DNA of 64,000 nucleotides, taken from positions 640,001 through 704,000 of the forward strand of contig OZ243974.1 of the NCBI GenBank assembly GCA_965214775.1. Reading direction: 5' to 3'. The position numbers were made by a program, and so were the translations under genes. A model generated the notes under the pieces. That model ran no database searches, was not told the origin of the DNA, and saw nothing but the letters and a program-made list of their open reading frames with translations. The stretch is from Nitrosopumilus sp. (GTDB lineage: Archaea; Thermoproteota; Nitrososphaeria; Nitrososphaerales; Nitrosopumilaceae). Shown one piece after another: positions 60,743-64,000 of this stretch (positions are counted from its first letter, which is position 1; every line of letters begins with the position of its first letter).

Positions 60743-61337
60743 ATCCAACTACTCCATTGTCATTTGCATTGAATTTAGGCGGCAGGATGAACAAAAATCC
60801 CGAAGAATCGACTTCCAGGCTTAGTTTTGGCAATGTGTTAGACGGCGCTGCCTGTACAGATGCAGGTCCGACAAAAGCCGTTCCAGTATCAGGATCATAC
60901 ATGCTTCCGTGACACGGGCATTCGCCCCTCTTTCTTCCATCATCGGGCCAGTACTTCCAAAGACACCACAGGTGCAGACAGATCATGCTAAATGCCCTAA
61001 AGGCAGACTCGTTATCTTTTGCGCCACCAAGCTCTTCAGGCAGTCGAATTAACTGCCACTTGCGAAATGCCTCAGCATCAAGGGCGGCATCACCTGTGGC
61101 AGGATATGTAATTACTTCGGCATGGTTTACTGGAAAGGAGTTGATGTTTGCCTGGGTTCCATCAGGTAAAATTACCGGGACCTTTTCTAATGATGCTTGG
61201 TTGGGGTTTGGCATGAAATTTCCAAACGGAACGAATGGTGCAAACGCTAATCCCGTGCCTGCAGCCCCAATTAACTTTAGAAAGTCCCTCCGGGATAAGC
61301 CGGCAGATGACCTCCTTGTCCCCACCTCCTCTGACAT
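60726..61337 (-). CDS. Rieske 2Fe-2S protein with Tat signal
   Basis: SRRDFLK; CLHLWC and CPCHGS. Confidence 0.95.
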   Translation of the reverse strand: MSEEVGTRRSSAGLSRRDFLKLIGAAGTGLAFAPFVPFGNFMPNPNQASLEKVPVILPDGTQANINSFPVNHAEVITYPATGDAALDAEAFRKWQLIRLPEELGGAKDNESAFRAFSMICLHLWCLWKYWPDDGRKRGECPCHGSMYDPDTGTAFVGPASVQAAPSNTLPKLSLEVDSSGFLFILPPKFNANDNGVVGYGRFA

Positions 61338-61399
61338 TCAAGCTCACGTACTCGCCAAATTGCTTATAAACCTTGTTCAATTTGCAGTCTGCTGCACAA

Positions 61400-61574
61400 C
61401 CCAGAGAGGTGATCCGAAATTGGAAACTGTAAATCACTGCCCGGATTTTTCTGTGCATTTGCAAGGTAATTTCACACACAGATAAAACCTGCCAATTGCA
61501 GACATTGCTTTAATCGATTGGTTTGATGTAACTGCTTATACATGATCCGAATCTGCCAATTTCGAATCAGATCT
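61400..61574. mobile_element. MITE family D, copy 2
   Basis: Ends AGAGGTGATCCGAAATTGG / CCAATTTCGAATCAGATCT form an imperfect IR; both ends match 34507-34645. Confidence 0.6.
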
Positions 61575-61667
61575 TCTCCATCTCTCCGAGAGAGGTGGCA
61601 AAACTCACGCCTGAACTTGGAGCCCGAGACGTTATCAAGATGTCATGTCCCTATATTCCAGATGCTG

Positions 61668-63680
61668 TCACGGCAGTTCCGGTATGCCTATGCCGCGAAG
61701 ATATGCATATGTTTTGTCGTAGAACTCTGGAAGCCGGGTACGATCATCTGCGTTTCCATGTGGCAGAAAGATCACCAGTCCCTGCCTGGCTCGCGTCAGC
61801 AGAACACGGTATGCATTTTTCAAGTATGACATCTTGGTATCTTTTCTGACATGGGTCCATTTTGCCCCCCTAAACTCGCGGTATATCCAGTCCCCGGCAT
61901 CATCATATCTGAGGTTGGCATCCCATGCAACACACGCCCAATCAAGCTCAAGGCCCTGTACGTGAAACTCCGTGGCAGCGTATTCAAGGCTGTACGATGA
62001 GCGTGGATCCGTAGATTCGTTGAGAAACCACTTTGTGGCATCGACTGTAAGCTCGACGTATATTCCGTGTGGCTGCAGCCGGTACGATTTTGCGCTTGCC
62101 ACTATTCCAAACCTCTCGCTTCCACGTGCCTTGTCGCGCAGCCACTGCTTTGCGCGCTCAAAGTCTCGCGTCATTACTATCGGATACATGTCCAGCCCTC
62201 CCAAAACATCTCGTGCGTCCTCTATGTTACAGTCCAAAAGCATCTTTACAAATTCGGACACACGCTCGCTGCGAAACGACCTGATCGACGTGCTCAGATG
62301 CAGATCGGGAACAGACGTACACATTGTGCCACCTACGAGATCGGTCATGTCCTGATTATTATCGGTGTATTCGGCGTCTGTTATCTTTGTGGATATGTAG
62401 ACATTCCAATCCGGATAGTGGTTGCGAATGCTATCAAACCACTCTGTCAGCCCCGCCTCGCCGGTGTTAATCTCCTGTCCTCCCCCTATCAGGCATACGA
62501 TCACCGCCCATCCCTCGTGCCTGTCCAATACACTGATCAGAAACTGGGGCTCGGACATGTCAAAGTTCTTTATTCCCTTCTTGCTTGCCATAAAACGGGT
62601 CGTTTGCTCCTTGTTCCATGCCCGCTGTGCCTCGTCAAATATGACTACTCGCTCTACGGGGGCAGACTGTCTCTGTATTGCATCATCCCTGAAAAAGTGG
62701 ATGTTTTGGATGAACGCCTTTGTTTGCTGCCTTGCCTTGCCTTTTTTTATGCGCTCAGGTTTGGGTTTGTGGTCATCGCGCCTGACCCGATCACGCGCTA
62801 GCGCCTCCTGCAGGACACATACAAGCGGGCCGTTTCCGGACAGGAACACGGCGTGCTCTTCCTTTGCTATGTCACGTCTTTTGTTTGCAATGTTTATTCC
62901 TGCCAAGGTCTTGCCTGCCCCCGGAACTCCCGTCACAAAGCAGATCGACTTTTTTCCGCTGGTTTTGGACTTGTCTATGATCCTGTTTATCGCATCCGTG
63001 GTCTTGGTGAGGTTGGCAGCCCCTGCATCTGATCTTGATATCTCTTCTACATCGTGGTTTGCGTACAGCGCCTGGGATGCTTCTATGATTGTCGGCGTGG
63101 GCCGGTATCCGGAATTCTGCCATGCGCCGGGATCGATTTTGTCCGTATGTCCTGCATGTATGCGTATAATGTCGCCTATTACGCCCCCCACGGTATGCCT
63201 GTTTGCCCTTACCGGCTTAAAGACTCCGTCATCCCACTTTGGATACTGAACGCTATCCGATTTTGGAGCGTCGGTGGCCACCAGCACAGGCACTATCTGT
63301 ACGCTGTGGCTGCCCTCGTGAAAGTACTTTAGATCCAGCGCATAATCCACACATTGGTCTATGTCGCTTTGCAGGTATTGCTTTTCGCCTACCTTGAATT
63401 CCAGGACAAACACAATGTCTGAGCAGATCAGTATGACATCTGCCCGCCTTCCCATCCTTGGAATGGGATACTCAAAGATGATGCTTCCAGAATCCATGCC
63501 CCGCAGCTGCTGCTTTAGGATGTCGATCTCGGATCTCCACGCATCTATCTGGTTTGAGTCCAGATTCTTAAACTCGTGCTTTGATGCCAGAATGCCGAGT
63601 ATGCTGTCTGCATCGCCGTTGTTGCCGCCGCCTAGTAATCCTTTCAGTTCAATAGAATGATATGATCTGCTTGCTCTCAA
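61668..63680 (-). CDS. DUF2075 (Schlafen group 3-like helicase) protein with N-terminal PD-(D/E)XK-like domain
   Basis: EYPIPRMGRRADV...VLEFK; GVPGAGKT, SGNGPL, FDEAQR, QGLELD, YRVLLTRAR. Confidence 0.9.
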   Translation of the reverse strand: MRASRSYHSIELKGLLGGGNNGDADSILGILASKHEFKNLDSNQIDAWRSEIDILKQQLRGMDSGSIIFEYPIPRMGRRADVILICSDIVFVLEFKVGEKQYLQSDIDQCVDYALDLKYFHEGSHSVQIVPVLVATDAPKSDSVQYPKWDDGVFKPVRANRHTVGGVIGDIIRIHAGHTDKIDPGAWQNSGYRPTPTIIEASQALYANHDVEEISRSDAGAANLTKTTDAINRIIDKSKTSGKKSICFVTGVPGAGKTLAGINIANKRRDIAKEEHAVFLSGNGPLVCVLQEALARDRVRRDDHKPKPERIKKGKARQQTKAFIQNIHFFRDDAIQRQSAPVERVVIFDEAQRAWNKEQTTRFMASKKGIKNFDMSEPQFLISVLDRHEGWAVIVCLIGGGQEINTGEAGLTEWFDSIRNHYPDWNVYISTKITDAEYTDNNQDMTDLVGGTMCTSVPDLHLSTSIRSFRSERVSEFVKMLLDCNIEDARDVLGGLDMYPIVMTRDFERAKQWLRDKARGSERFGIVASAKSYRLQPHGIYVELTVDATKWFLNESTDPRSSYSLEYAATEFHVQGLELDWACVAWDANLRYDDAGDWIYREFRGAKWTHVRKDTKMSYLKNAYRVLLTRARQGLVIFLPHGNADDRTRLPEFYDKTYAYLRGIGIPELP

Positions 63681-64000
63681 TCGAAAACAAGATTCCTGGA
63701 TACTGCACGAAAATAAGTCTGTCGATAATCCCGGCAGTTCTGATTGTGCCCAAAAACGTACAACTTCAGGTCCTATTTAAACCGCCTAGGAATCTAGGAA
63801 GTATTTGCTTGCCAGTATAAATGGGATCTGAAGTTGTACCCAAAAACACAGTAAATGACGCGTCTTGGTGATCGTCTGATCCATGAGCAATGGGCAGGCA
63901 GTCACAAGCCCAAAAGGATGCATGAACCGTGATGAGGTGGTGGTGGTGGTGAGGATCCTGCTAGAATAGGAATGCTTTTGTCCGCACACTTTAAGTCAGG

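Noticed and set aside
58585-61337. Complex III with a copper protein instead of cytochrome c1 as a novelty
   Set aside because: Established feature of ammonia-oxidising archaea
63786-63989. 67-aa ORF at the window end
   Set aside because: Low-complexity, no motif; context truncated by the window edge

Overview
Chromosomal segment of an ammonia-oxidising archaeon (Nitrosopumilaceae-like Thaumarchaeota; a host-associated lineage is possible but is only an inference). The left ~14.6 kb is the right part of a visibly GC-richer integrated element. It ends in a tyrosine integrase next to the 3' end of tRNA-Ala(GGC), and carries a probable TadC-like fragment, a DUF3800 gene with an adjoining structured-RNA candidate, a pilin-like gene heading three large surface-protein genes, a 43-bp tandem repeat, a 41-bp dyad, a nonsense-interrupted methyltransferase and a PIN-like gene. 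The rest is AT-richer core genome: FNR, ilvE, glycosylation genes, Hel308-MCM-GINS/RFC, ferredoxins, aIF6, hisS, UDG, a PEFG-CTERM sugar dehydrogenase, three thrombospondin type-3 repeat genes, Taw1, Bud32/Kae1, YchF, tgtA, a beta-CASP nuclease, Ogg1, the Rieske-cytochrome b-plastocyanin complex III module, two more tRNAs and a DUF2075 helicase. Its spacers hold at least six families of 80-175 bp MITE-like elements plus an IS630 remnant, and one MITE splits the UDG gene. The best leads are the DUF3800/RNA pair, a cluster of 7 GATC sites in the divergent promoter of the replisome genes, the island pilus/adhesin module and the mosaic TSP3 array. All calls were made by eye, without database searches.
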